A DNA stretch of 63,672 bases, the filler included, from Octopus bimaculoides (taxonomy: Eukaryota): NCBI RefSeq assembly GCF_001194135.2. It is 4 parts of 4 records of this genome, joined end to end, with 100 filler letters (N's around TTAATTAATTAA, not from the genome) between each part and the next. Parts side by side here need not be neighbours in the genome. Positions count along the whole stretch, not along the records: positions 1 to 30,705 come from NC_068981.1; 3 more parts are not named here. One strand, 5' to 3'. The notes under the pieces are model-generated. The model was not told the DNA's origin. It ran no database searches and saw nothing but the letters and a program-made list of their open reading frames with translations. This document shows positions 13,576 through 26,816 of the stretch, one piece after another. Every line of letters starts with the position of its first letter. The first letter of the stretch is position 1. A program made the translations under genes and the position numbers.

Positions 13576-13720
13576 CATAACATACATGCATGCATACATA
13601 CATACATGCATACATACATACATACATACATACATTCTACCCCAAAAGAATGAATGACAAAGTCGACCTTGGCGGAATTTGAACTCAACGTAAAGTCAGA
13701 CAAAATGCCACTAAGATTTC
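13420..13720 (-). mobile_element. tRNA-derived SINE, family B, split by a microsatellite
   Basis: Contains the family-B core (reverse of AAAGTCGACCTTGGCGGAATTTGAACTC), homologous to 37669-37880. Confidence 0.7.
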
Positions 13721-14399
13721 CAGATAACTTATACAGGACTGTATTATCCATTTTGTTCGTTTTTGAGATGGCAAGATATAATTGGGAGAGAATTTAATTG
13801 CTATTTCTAGCAAATGTACCGATTGCATAAAGAACTCTTGCTTGGCTCGCTGGGGCTTCTTCTGTGTTCCTTGTAATTAAGCTTGTTGAGAATCTCATCG
13901 ATAAGATATGAAAGAACCAACCCAGAGACTGTAAATAATATTACTTTACCACAATTACCGGGTTATATCTGTCTCCGAAGCATTTTCTAAGTCAGAATAT
14001 TTCTGAAAAGCTCAGCTTATCTAGAATTAAATAGACGCCTTAAGATGTTCATAGTTCATTAATTGAGGTGTTGACAGTATTTTAACATTAACGGGAGTTT
14101 CGTTAATTGAAATGTTGTGTTACTTTCCACAAGTGAAGCAGGAAGAAAGCAAATGAAAACTACCATATAGTTTCACATCAGCTATCACTGGCTGATTTTA
14201 GAGAAATAAGTCTGTAGGGTACCGTGTTTTAATAAATCTACGTAGGTAATTATCATGAAACATTGTTGATTCAGAAATGTTGTTTTCATGCTTATTTTCA
14301 TCAATGATTTATTCAGAATAAACGAAGACAGTCTACTTCTCTTATAAAATGTTATTTAAAAACAATACATTCCGATTTTTTAAATCCAATTGAAGAAAA

Positions 14400-15400
14400 T
14401 TTAGAAAGAAAGTATTCAGTATTGAATCAAAGGCAAGTTACATTTTTGTAATCTATGTCCTAAAACAAAAATGCACAACTTTTTTCATATTGCCTTATCG
14501 ACAAGCAAAAGCAGATGAAACACATACAGTTACAACAGAGAATCTTAATAAAGATTTGGTGGAAAGTATGGTAGATAAAAAAAATTATAATAAAAATATT
14601 TATAACGTACAACTATCTAATGAGTTTTAGGATATTCATTAAGTGTCAAATTTTCGCAAATTTCATATAATAAAATGGATTAAAATAAACTCAACATTCT
14701 CTGTTCACCTTGACCAGTCAGCAAACTTTGCTTGTGTTTGTACGCCATTTTTATGAAATTTGCATGAGAAAATGCTGATTGATCTGCCAGCCTTTAGCAA
14801 ATCATACTTCAAAGGAAGCAATATATATAAATTCAGTTAATTCATTTATGCAGAAAATAAATTTCCATGAATTTGACTCAAGCATTTTCACTGATGGAGC
14901 TTCGGCTATGGCAGGGAAATTTCCTGATTTTGATGCAAGAATGAAAAAGGAAACTCAGAATGTTGAAAGTGTGCCTCGTTGTCTTCAATGTCAAACACAA
15001 GAAGTGATACACAAACACGTATAGTTCGAGATCTGAATTTAGTAGAAAAAGGTATTCTAAAACTGGTCGATTTTATTAAATCAAGATCATTAAACTCAAT
15101 AATATTCTGTTTTATTATGTGAAATTCTGGGTAGTCTATATACAACTTGAATACTACATACTGAAGTGCACTAGTTATTACGCGATAAAGGTGTATATGC
15201 ACTTCTTTTTCATAATTGTGTAGATTATTTCTACCTGAATAACCTTTTTTAAATTCAGCCAAACTAACAGTTTACATTATTATCGAAAGAAAATGGCACT
15301 TCCTTCTGATATATTCATTTACTTGAATGGGTTTAATCATACAATGTAGGGTACCAATATAACATATTTCGAAGTCCAATATGAAATTATTTTGTAAACA
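14400..15400 (+). mobile_element. hAT (Charlie/Buster, ZBED5/SCAND3-like) transposase remnant
   Basis: Degenerate motifs in order: YRQAKADETHTV.ENL (~YRIAKxxKPHTIxENL), FSVHLDQS (~FxLQLDES), IFTDGASAMAG, VDFIKSRSLNS.IF.LLC and LHTEVH*L.RDK (~LHTEVRWLSRGK). Many stops. Confidence 0.85.
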
Positions 15401-15519
15401 AAAAGTCAGGGGTGACTATGTAGCTAAGGATGATGTCGAGTGCTTCAGAAAGCTTAATAGCATTTTTTTTACTCTCAAACCATACTTCCCAAATCCAAAA
15501 AAATTCAATTTTCAAATAT

Positions 15520-15715
15520 TTATTTCTTTATTGCCCACAGGGGCTAAACATAGAAGGGACAAACAAGGGGGTTAAGTCGATTACATCGACCCCAGTGCGT
15601 AACGAGATGAAAGGCAAAGTCGACCTCGGCGGAATTTGAACTCAGAACGTAAAGATAGACGAAATACTGCTAAGCGTTTTGCCCGGAATTCTAACGTTTC
15701 TGCCAGCTCGCCACC
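15520..15715 (-). mobile_element. tRNA-derived SINE, family B
   Basis: Head GGTGGCGAGCTGGCAGAAACGTTAG, B-box GAGTTCAAATTCC and central GGTCGACTTTGCCTTTCATC domain (resembles Meta-type SINE domain; inference). Confidence 0.85.
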
Positions 15716-16779
15716 TTGCAATTTTCAAATATTGAATGATATTCAATAATGTGTGTGAATCAAGAAAAGCAATTTTTCGACGAAAATTCAAAGTCAACTT
15801 TCGGTTGAAAACCCATTTGTAGAGTTTATAAGCTTAAGCAATCTTACAATCTTTCACGGGATGAGAGAAACAGCAAATAGATACCAAATGAAAAAATCCC
15901 TGTTCGAAATCAGGAGTTAGAGAAAACCATGCTGTTAGTGATAAAAATAAAGATTACAAGTAATTAATCCAAGGGCGAATTAGTATCAGAATAAAAATAG
16001 TAAGCAAAACTAAAATGAATAAATTAATAACTGAGCTTACTTGCTATAAGGGAGGGGGAGTTGTAATCGTGGAAGAAAATGGAAGAAATTAAGAAGAAAG
16101 GATGGGAACAGAAAAAAAGACAGAAGAGGAAAAGAAAGACAAACAAGGAGAAGAAAATGGATAATGAAATGAGAGATGAGAACTAGGTCAAAAGAACTAA
16201 TAGTAACAACTGACAAGTTGTATCTAATATGGATATCCATAAGTAAAAAGGAGTGGTGGAAGTGATTAGAAACCCTTTGGTACAGAAATTAGAGACAGAG
16301 AGTGAAATGTATTGTTAATACTGAATGGAACGGCAATAAAACATGGCAATCAATCAGATAACTGGGTAACAAAAATATAATACTTGTATTTACCATGATA
16401 TTTAGTCTGTGTACAAGATTTATACGTTTCGTATGTGACTGATGTAAATCTGATTTCAGAGAAATATTACCGGTAGGTACACCATCTTTGACGGGAGTAA
16501 TAATAATTAAATGTTACATTACAGCAGTTTATTGAATATACACTTACAGGCATGGTACCTGTAACAATTAAAACAAATATTGCTTGAAATTATTTTATTA
16601 ATGATAGACACCTTGACACTAAAATAGCGTACTCTAATTTCAAAACATTAACACATACATGTTTTCTAAATCTATATTCCAAGACTAACAAAGCTTAGAA
16701 ATTATTATTTTACTATAAATAAGAGCATTTATTACACTTTAAAATATTTTAAAATGTTTCTTCAAATAATGTTTATTAT

Positions 16780-18030
16780 CTTATATAAAGAGGTTTGCAT
16801 ATGAAGTTGAATCATTGGAAGTTCTCATTTCATCTTTGAAATCTTCACTCTCCCTTACCTCGAGACTTCTTTGCTTCAAAAACATCTTCTTCTCCTTCAA
16901 TTATACTGTAAATGCCACATTTAAAAAAAAGATTTTACCAGTTTTTACATAAGCATCTTTCCAAGATTTATCACAAAATCTCACGACACATCCGATGACG
17001 GGCCATTTATAGTACCATTCTTTGAAGATGTTTTTTCTCCATCCACTCCAAAAGAATAGTGTCTTTAAAGGGTTTATTTACGCTGGTATTGAGAGGGTGT
17101 AACACATACATTAATCCATTAATCCCTTCTTGAATTATTGGATTCACAGTTACATTATTCTTTAATCTTGGATGTTTCTTTACATTACTTGTTAAGTGAG
17201 ATCTGAAAAAGCTCCACATTAACTAGCTCCGTTCTTTTGGGAAACCCTCTAGACACTTCTTCCAAGTATTATCAATCCACACATCCACAGTTTCATTCAC
17301 CCAACTATTCTTGTGAACGTGAGCAAAACCACCTGGAGGGAAACTTATACTGGACATCGTTTTCCGTTTTAAATACAACCATTGATTTCAATTTAGTTCA
17401 GTTTGAAGGCAGCTTAATACAACAGTGAATTTAGGTTTTTCATAATCTGTACATTTTGTCAGAATATTTTTCTTACCTTTGGTTTCAACAGTTTTATTAT
17501 GCACTTTATCGAAGATAAAAGGAATTTCATCCATATTACCAATTCGATTCTGTGGATAATTGTGTTGCTTCCTCAGTCCAATGACGCATGTGTGAGAATT
17601 TCTAATATTTTCTTCCAGGTCTGCATAGAATTTCTGTGTTATACAATTTTAGCCTTCTACCGCGACACCAAGTCTTTTTCTCTTCGTAAAGCGAGGAGAC
17701 CAGCTATAAAATCTTTGCTTTTATCTGAACATGTTTTTTTTACCCAATTAAGTACTATATGCCAGTTCTGGTAACTATATAGTTATGTTGACAGTTTTCG
17801 TTGACCCAACTTCTAAGGAATTTTCCAATTCATTTCAATAACAGATGCTGTCTCTAACTGCACGAGTCAGTCTTCTTAAATGAAACCTTCAGGGAGGTTT
17901 CATTTTCCTTCCAGTCGCAGACCAGTTTTTCATTTACTTCATATTTTTTTACTGCAGCAATTCTATTTGAAGAGATCGCAAATGCTACAACTTTGAACAT
18001 TATTTCATGTTTGTGCAGGCGGAGTCATGG
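16780..18030 (-). mobile_element. pogo-like (POGK-type: Brinker DBD + CENP-B HTH + DDE_1) transposase remnant
   Basis: FKVVAFAISSNRIAAVKKYEVNEKLVCDWKENE (BrkDBD-like), IGNMDEI, KLKSMVVFK..KFPSR..HVHKNSWVNE, FRSHLTSNVK, LHPLNTSVNKPFKD and FFKCGI. Many stops and frameshifts. Confidence 0.85.
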
Positions 18031-18540
18031 GGATAAATATTTTCAGATACGAAATATTTTAGTTATTAAAAAACAAAATTAGAAATTCAATATCGTGGGT
18101 GTTATTCAATTACAACTGGAAAAGAAACTTAGTTCCACTTATAATGTTGCTAGGTTTGCTGTGGGTAACATGTGAATGATGAGTTGATGCCGATTCCAGT
18201 GGTAAACAGCCCCGTTGACCTGTTGAGGGTATAGGGTCTCATGAAGAAGACGACCGTCTAACATGAGATTCGACGGTGTAATGAACCGCTGTGTTACAGT
18301 TAGTCGCCTAGGCTTGGTGACGCCACTGGCTGTTTGTTTACATCATTGACGCAAATGTTACAGTTGTACTACAGTGTTTTACTATAATGTGCTATGGTGT
18401 GTATTCTATTAATAATATATTAGAGATATTGATATATTGATATAAGTAGCGCTTAGGAAAGATATTGTTGGCACGCGTATGCACTGCAGTTTTATTTTTA
18501 TATTTTGTTTATATATTATCTCCTCACCCACTAGACAGAT

Positions 18541-18583
18541 ATAAAAAAAACAGAGAGAGTGAGAGAGAGAGACAGACAGACAG

Positions 18584-18650
<67 letters not shown>

Positions 18651-18680
18651 CTGACAGACAGACAGACAAACAGACAGACC

Positions 18681-18745
<65 letters not shown>
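18541..18745. repeat. (GATA)n/(GACA)n microsatellite
   Basis: Direct observation. Confidence 0.95.
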
Positions 18746-19479
18746 AATAGTATTCATTGCTATCTTGTATGGCTACAAATAAATTGTTTCAAGGTGGCGG
18801 GATAATTTAAGATAGCAATAAAAATAAAGAATATAATATATTCAAAATTCCCACTGGTACATGAAATAATCGTTCAGAAAATTATCAGCTATTTGGATTC
18901 GCGCTCTCATAAATGTCACTCCCCACTGTTCTAGGTTAACAGTATCCCATCGGTAAATGTTATAAGTTGCTAGACTTTATGCATTACCCAAATAGAGAAA
19001 AGTATTACAGTTAATGCCTCGAGGCAAGTGGTATGGCCTTATGATGTTTTTTCCACATGTTACTGTAGGCTGCCCTCAATTAAGGCTAAGTTTTGGCAGA
19101 CCAGTAGCCTACTGTATATTTGGTGGCCAACCTATAAGGTAGATATTTTCTTAACTCAGAATTTTTAGTTAAAAATCTTGGTGTCGACTTATACGCCAGG
19201 TCCATTTATAAGTATGTCGCAACTTGCAGTAATCCTGCACAACCTGTTTTGTGGTCAGGTGGTCAGCGATTAAATCACTTAACCTAGTGTGTGGACTGCC
19301 GGAGAATTAAAATCAACGCATGACAAAGGGTTGGAAGTTACTCACAAAGTAACCAATGGCCTTATAATACATGGTAATCTACTTTTTGAAGTACATATTG
19401 CTGTGTATCACAGTTTTAAATGGATGGACCGGTGGAGGGATACATATATAATATACATACATGCATAGATACATGGTGG

Positions 19480-19765
19480 ACTATCTTGTCGAAGATGACA
19501 TATGAGCGTTCAGCTTTTGTCGAACGACCTGTATAAATGATTTGTTTATAGTGATCATATGTATGTGTTGTACATTAGCTCACTCTCTCCATCAAATCAG
19601 CGTTTCCTGAACAGGTGCATCGTGTTATATATGTCAGGTGTCGAAGTGATCGCAGAACAACGTGAGAAGTATTTTGCTCAAGAACACAACGCACCACCCG
19701 GTCTAGGAATTGAAACCACGACCCCAAGATCGTGAGTGCAACACACTAACCACTAGGCCATATGC
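19480..19765 (-). mobile_element. tRNA-derived SINE related to family A
   Basis: Minus-strand head TGGCCTAGTGGTTAG...GGTTTCAATTCC, and GTTGTGTTCTTGAGCAA shared with family A. Confidence 0.75.
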
Positions 19766-20256
19766 ATAGATACATACGTGTATAATATTCATAAATGCAT
19801 ACGATCGATTAGTGATTCAATATTCCAAAGATTCCAAAGATTTCGTTTAAGTTTCCTATTATGTGTGTATGCCAATATGGGTATTGGGCATACACACATA
19901 ATAAGCAGTCACTTTCGTGAACTTAAGAGGCCAGATAATCCCAATACTTAAGTGAAAGTATACCCACACTTATACATACACATTAACATAAGGAATAACT
20001 CGTCCATAAATGCCTTGAAGTGACTTCACTCAAACGAAGATGCCTTGTCACTTTCTTAGTAACCGGGTTTGAATTCTAAAACGCACTTGAATATATCTTA
20101 CGCTTAAACTCAAACACACAAGCATGCACACACGCATGCACACACGCATGCGCGCACACACACACACGCACACACACACACACACACACACAATAACACA
20201 CTCACATCCATATACATGTCCATTCATCCATCTATGCATATATACAAACATCCATC

Positions 20257-20288
<32 letters not shown>

Positions 20289-21081
20289 CATACACACATG
20301 CATACATACATTATAGACAACTGGCAAAGTCGTTGAGGTGTTGGAGAAAATGAGTAGTGTCATGTCTGAAGCTACTGCTATCTAGCATCTTCGGGTGATC
20401 TCTACTCAACCGCTACACAACTGCTACTTGACTGCTACTCAACTTCTACTCAACTCCCCTACCACGACCAGACTACCTCTATATGTCTTGGGAGATCCTA
20501 CTTCTTTGCCTGGAGGCGTCCACACAACAAGTAGATATATTTCTTTCGGCTCCCTGAGCTTACGTTTTATTCTTTCCTGGTCAATGATAAAGTTCCACTC
20601 CAGTGCAAGGCTTGGTTCTCTTCTCTTTCTCTGTGAAAGGAATAAGCTGTGTACAAACCTTGAGAAAGAAATGTACCCAAGAAACACCTTGTGTCATAAC
20701 AACGCCCCTAGTGACTCTACTGAATATCTTCCCGAGGAAAAAAGGAACCTATATACATACATATATACACTCATACATACACGCATACATAATACATACA
20801 TACATACATACATACATACATACATACATGCATGCATACGTATCTAATATGCACACATACATTGCATTGATCGGAGAGACTGCGAAAGACATGGACGTGA
20901 TCCTTTCTGCAGATAAAGCCATAAACTGAAAAATCTACCTTCATTACAATTCAAACTTTCGATACTTATATTCTTTATTGGGCGTTTTAGATCTGGCATA
21001 GTTCTTCCGACTATTGAACGAGAATTATAGCTTTCAATCTTAAACATCTGAAAAATATTTCTATCACTTTATGATATTGCT

Positions 21082-21485
21082 ATACTCTTTACTCTTTTAC
21101 TCTTTTACTTGTTTCAGTCATTTGACTGTGGCAATGCTGGAGTACCGCCTTTAGTGGAACAAATCGACCCCAGGACTTATTCTTTGGAAGCCTAGTACTT
21201 ATTCTATCGGTTCTTTTGCCGAACCGCTAAGTTACGGAACGTAAACACACCAGTATCGGTTGTCAAGCGATGTTGGAGGGGGGGACAAACACAGACACAC
21301 AAGCGTATACACACACACATACGATGGGCTTCTTTCAGTTTCCGTCTACCAAATCTGCTCATAAGGCTTTGGTCGGCCCTAGGCTATAGTAGAAGACACT
21401 TGCCCAAGGTACCATGCAGTGGGACTGAACCCGGAACCATGTGGTTCGTAAGCAAACTACTTACCACACAGCCACTACTACGCCT
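21082..21485 (-). mobile_element. tRNA-derived SINE, family C (full length)
   Basis: Head TGGCTGTGTGGTAAG...GGTTCAGTCCC, internal (TG)n, and tail (AGTAAAAG)n. Homologous to 21984-22262, 44572-44790 and 59281-59590. Confidence 0.9.
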
Positions 21486-21983
21486 ATAATGACATTTTAT
21501 ATTAAACTTTACTTAAAACATCTCTACATCAAATGAGTTCAAGTTAATTATCTCGCTGTTGGTTGCCGATGGGTTTTTGCCCTAGTTTTCGCCTAATTTA
21601 TTATGATCTATCTACATGTACAAGATCACTCCTCTGGCAATCATACAGCTTGAGATTTTTCACAGGAAGTGTACTACATTTGAAATTCGAGTAACCATAT
21701 TTAAAATAACTTTTTTTTACCATACTAAATGAATTGCATAATGTTTTTATCAAAATGTTAACGGTGACCGATCGCGGGTGAAAGGAGAACTGAAATTAGA
21801 ATATAAACCAACAAAGTCTTTTCTAAAAGTACATTATGCTCGAAAAACTTTTGAGCTTATGCAGTTTAATGAGACCTTTTTTTCAATTTACTGGTTATTT
21901 ATATTCGAAGCTTTCGATGAATGTTATACGCTGAAATTTACCTTTGAAAAGATGTTATAGGACTGAGATGTTTTATTAGATAT

Positions 21984-22262
21984 GGAGGGCGTGGCTGTGT
22001 GGTAAGAAGCTTGCTTCCCAACCACATGGTTCCGGGTTCAGTTCCAATACGTGGCACCTTGAGCAAGTGTCGTCTGCTATAGCCTTAGGTTGAATAAAGT
22101 TTTGTGGGTGGATTTAGTCAATGGAAACTGAAAGAAGCTCATCGTATATATACATATATATATATGTGTATGTATGTATGTGTGTGTGTGTGTGTGTGTG
22201 TTTGTTTGTTCTCCACCACTGTTTGACAACCAGTGCTGGTATGTTTACATTAGACATAACCG
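21984..22262 (+). mobile_element. tRNA-derived SINE, family C (3'-truncated)
   Basis: Head GTGGCTGTGTGGTAAGAAGCTTGCTTCCCAACCACATGGTTCCGGGTTCAGTTCC. Confidence 0.85.
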
Positions 22263-22590
22263 ACCAACATATTCTGAATAGTTAAAATTATTCTATCATT
22301 AAATGGCTTGGTGCATAATGTGTACGTAGAGTCGTTATAACTGTGTATTTCAGACTTTCATTTTGTAACTTGCAAGTCATCCTATTGCCTGGCACCTTGA
22401 ATGGGCATCTTGTGTAGTCTAGGATTGACCAATGCCTTGTGAGACTGAAATTGTGTGACGGAATTTCTGCAAAAGTACATCGTTCGTATATAAACATATA
22501 TGTGGGGGTCGTGTGTGTGTTTTCATGTAAATACGTGTGTGTATGTAAATACGTATACACACATACACACACACACACACACACACATAC

Positions 22591-22622
<32 letters not shown>

Positions 22623-24628
22623 GTAACTTTTTAAAATCTAAAAACGCTTTACTGGACCTAATACTTCTGAATAAGCTAACACCTAAAATATAATAATAAA
22701 TCCCTTTGCTGTTCTTCACTAAGGTTACAATAACGAAATTCAATGCCTCATTAACTAAAATAGCTATTAGTACATTTCTACCTCCTGCAATAAGCATACT
22801 CTCACAGCGAACCTTAAGCAACTTACGGTTTTATCAGCCTCTATTTCCTTATGTTAAGAAATAATGCAAGCATTGGATAAATGTTAATTGATAAATAAGA
22901 GCAAATCGAAATAAGTACTAGGGTCGACATTAACGACTAAAATCACTGAGGGTGATTCCCTAACATTAAAAGAGTGTAAGAGATTTGTGAGTTCTACCGA
23001 CAGCAAACATTAAATAATAGTTCTGGACAAGAGTGTCTCTTCTTCATGTACATGTTTTACTCGACCTACTTATAAGAGCAGTGAAATTAGCCTCAAATCA
23101 TACTTTCTTGAAATTTTTTTTTAAATGAGGTTATGTAGTTCATCAATAGTTTTAGATATACTACATACGAAAATCAGACGGGGTAGTTATGGTTAGAATA
23201 ATTTTGTTCATAATTCTGCTCAGTCAGAGTCAAATTGAATTAAACAACATCAACATATTTTAGTTCATCTGACTGCACAAAATAAATACCGGCTTCTGTG
23301 AGTGTTATTTTTAATAAACTAACTAACTCTTAACAGAGGAGATTCACTATTCATCTCTCAAGCATCAAGGACACATCCTTTGAGAACTCATTCATTTTAC
23401 TTATACACGGCAAACATAATAGATAGAGTGACTGACATCAATTTTCCTAATTAGATGCATCTGCAACTTGGCGGGTGGTAAGAATTACCATGCTCTTGCT
23501 GTTGCAATGTAATATACGATTCCAAAATATATGAATCACATAATGTTTTGTAAAACTATCTTCAAGGACAATAATTCTTACGACTGCATTGCTGTATTAC
23601 TTAGTTATTATCTGTATTATTAAGTAAGCAAATGTAATCCAATATTTTACAGAAGATAACGCTAGCTTATCTCCTAACGTTTCTATCAAAATGTAAATGT
23701 CTTGAAAGTTGCTTATATAAGATAAGTGAGGTTAACATTAAGAAAGAGAGAGTTCTTATAGCAGATAGATTAAGCTATGTTGACAATATTACATAATGTA
23801 AGTTGTCAACAATGTATTTCATACTAGTTGAGAAAGTCTATATAATAGGAGAAAGTTCAAAAGTCGTTTTCAGATAGTAACATTCGAATAACATTGTAAG
23901 GCTGCGAATAAGAAAATTGGATTGTTTGGATTGTTTTCTTTCTTACGTAATGTAACATTTTGCGTATTTCATTTGGTTTCTTGCCACCGACACTTGGCTG
24001 CAGTGGTTTGGTCTAAGCCGGGCGGTGTGGTTTCTCAATTGTATCTGTTAGTGCATTTCTACTTCGTCCTTAAGATGTCAATTTATGATTGCCCCTTTTT
24101 TCCCGATATATTCGCTTTTAACGTACACCCTTGGCTTTGTCTACATCGTCACTTTGGTCACATTTAGGATGACATCATACAAGAGCACGTCTTCAACTTG
24201 ATTTGGACTGTTGGTGAAGAAGCCGGTGTTACTTGCATTGTTGGTGAATAATCGTTCATTGGACGTCATTTTTACTGTGCATCCAAATGGATGATTATAA
24301 CACCATACCTTCCTTGTATGCATGCAAACGTTGCAGTCACGTCTTGCTATATATCCATGTACGAGTAAGTAGAGCTCCTAACTGCTGAAACATTGAGTAC
24401 GTTTTTCATTCTGAACAATGAGTTACAGGTTAGTATTGCAAGAAAACGAAACGCTCGGCAATTATAAATATACACCACATTTCCTCATAAATTCATGTTT
24501 TCCCATTGGTTACTTCGACCCAATAAGAGAGCACTTACGAATTGCCTAAAAATGCTAGTAACAGCAGCCAAATTCTTCCAACACACACTATACCGTCCAA
24601 AAAAATGAACACATTGTACAATATAATA

Positions 24629-25387
24629 TACCTTCCCTTCGCCTTACGACCGAGTTCCATTCCGACTGACAGGTCGTAAGTCGATCTGGTCGTATGTCGG
24701 ATTTATATCTTTCAGCACTATTTTCATTCAAACTGGTTATAAAAATATAAAGCACAAAAATTTAATCCATAATTATAGTACATTATATAAAAGTTACGTA
24801 CGTATTCTATTGTACTGTAAACAAAAATACAATCTAAAATTGAAGTAAAAATTAATACAAATAAAATTCCGCATACATACAATAAAAAAAATTGTTCCTG
24901 TGAAAGATGCGCAATTGAAAATAAATTTTTAATCTTCACAGTCTTGTTCTTGGGTTGAGGTNNNNNNNNNNNNNNNNNNNNNNNNNNNNNNNNNNNNNNN
25001 NNNNNNNNNNNNNNTTTTTCGGCATATATCTTACGGTTACAACGCACAGCATTTTGAATGGTATGTTCAAAGCTTCCATTTTACAGTCTAAATCAATAAG
25101 CTTTGACTACTTAGCTGGTGCATCTGAAGATGAAAGCATTTCCCTTTTACCAGTCATTTTAGGGTTATTTCAAATACAACTGTTACAAGTCCACACGCAA
25201 CTGATGCCTGAAAGCGACTGAGTGAGAGAAAGTGGCAGGCCGTGGATGCCAAGATCTGAGGGAGGCCTGCGTTGCCAAATGCTGCCATAGTTATTGTAAC
25301 GCGCAACTGCCCAACGTCCGAAAACCGTTTTTTTTTTTTTTTTTTTGAGGTCATAAGTCCTATAGGTCGTAATTCGAGGAGACGGTG
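24629..25387 (-). mobile_element. Non-autonomous Tigger-like DNA transposon (~760 bp, TA-flanked)
   Basis: The left end TCCCTTCGCCTTACGACC and the reverse complement of the right end TCTCCTCGAATTACGACC match at 14/18 positions, with TA on both flanks. A minus-strand remnant MTGKR-(fs)-MLSSSDAPAK*SKLIDLDCKME resembles Tigger transposase N-termini. Confidence 0.65.
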
Positions 25388-26591
25388 TACAAACTATTCC
25401 AAAAGACAGGATGATTAAAGCTGAAACGTTCTTAATTAAAGGTTTTCTCGATATGGGATGACCAGGAGCTTGACAATATCATTAAAAGAAAAGAAAATAC
25501 ACGAAGGACAGTGTAGAAATAAATATACAAAATATGAGATAGTCAAAGAGGAAACATTATTTTTCATAAATTTGCTCTATTAGACCTGGGTCTAAACGAC
25601 ATCTATACTTCTTTTTCAGCTTACTGCAGTTTTCACTAACTCTGCATTGTATAGTTAGCAGGTACAGTGAGGGCTGTTGTGCTTCGGTCGTAAAATAAAC
25701 ACAGGGTTATTAGCAGAATGAGGGCTGTCGACTTATTGTCTAGGCAAAGTACGTCATTTTGTTGAGATGGTACATATTGCTTCCTACCTCTTGGCTTTAG
25801 GCCACACATTCTTTGAGGGATGGGGCATAGTTTATTAATCCTACTCCAGAACTTAACTGCTATTATCATTTTGTTCATCTGGAGAGATGAAAGACGAAGA
25901 ATTTGAAAAGCAAGATTTGAACACGCATCATAAAACGTAAAATAGTGCAAGTGATTTAAAATAATAGTATCCTCAGCAACATAGTTTTCCAAACGCCAAA
26001 GCAGTTTAGCTTCAAATCTTTGTTAAACTGATCCGTTAATTGCATGCACAAAAATATAAATTTCAGTAAACTGCATGTTAGTTTATTCACCTGATTTTCA
26101 ATTTAAAATAAAAAGAAAAAATATACCATAAAATTGAAAAGCTATTTGATTTGGTAGAAACACGAGGAAACTATGGTGCTGTGAAAGCTTCCGTTTTCAT
26201 GATGAGTTAAAATGACAGGAGTCAGTACGTCATGTTTACAAACAACTGATGTCAAAAGGGTTAAAGGTATTAAAGTTATTCTCACCATTTTATAATTATG
26301 CCTGATGGAAGAAATGTTATTGAAGAATTGTCATTTAATTATGATTTCTTGAAATTCTTAAAAGTATGAATGCTCTAATTTTTAAGAGACACACCTGGCT
26401 TTTTGTGAGAGACACCCGGCTATCATTTCTAACATCTATAATATATTTGGCTGGTTTGGGAGGGTATGCTTGTTTGGTGTACACCTGTTTCTGTTTGATG
26501 CTTATTATAGCACATGAGAGTATGTACCCGTCCGTCTTTATGCGAATGCCTTCATAACCATGTGTGTCGGCCTTCCTCCTTCTTCTTCTTT

Positions 26592-26816
26592 CTTGTATTA
26601 TATTGGTTTCAAACTTTGGCACAAGACCAACAAGTTCAGGAGAGTGGATAAGTTGATTACATCGACCCCCAGCACTCAATTGGTACTTATTTTATCGACC
26701 CCGAAAGGATGAAAAGCAAAGTCGACCTCGGCATAATTTCAACTCAGAACGTAAAGACGGAAAACATGCTACTAAGCATTTTTCCCAGCGTCCTAATGAT
26801 TTGCCAGCTCACCGCC
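26592..26816 (-). mobile_element. tRNA-derived SINE, family B
   Basis: Homologous to 37669-37880; contains ATCGACCCCGAAAGGATGAAAAGCAAAGTCGACCTCGG on the + strand. Confidence 0.85.

Noticed and set aside
20395-20750. GC-richer segment with overlapping ORFs and short CTACTCAAC repeats
   Set aside because: Probably a decayed repeat, but neither a protein family nor termini could be identified.
23900-24450. Cys/Lys-rich minus-strand words suggesting a piggyBac or CXC-type remnant
   Set aside because: Too many stops and frameshifts to assign a family by eye.
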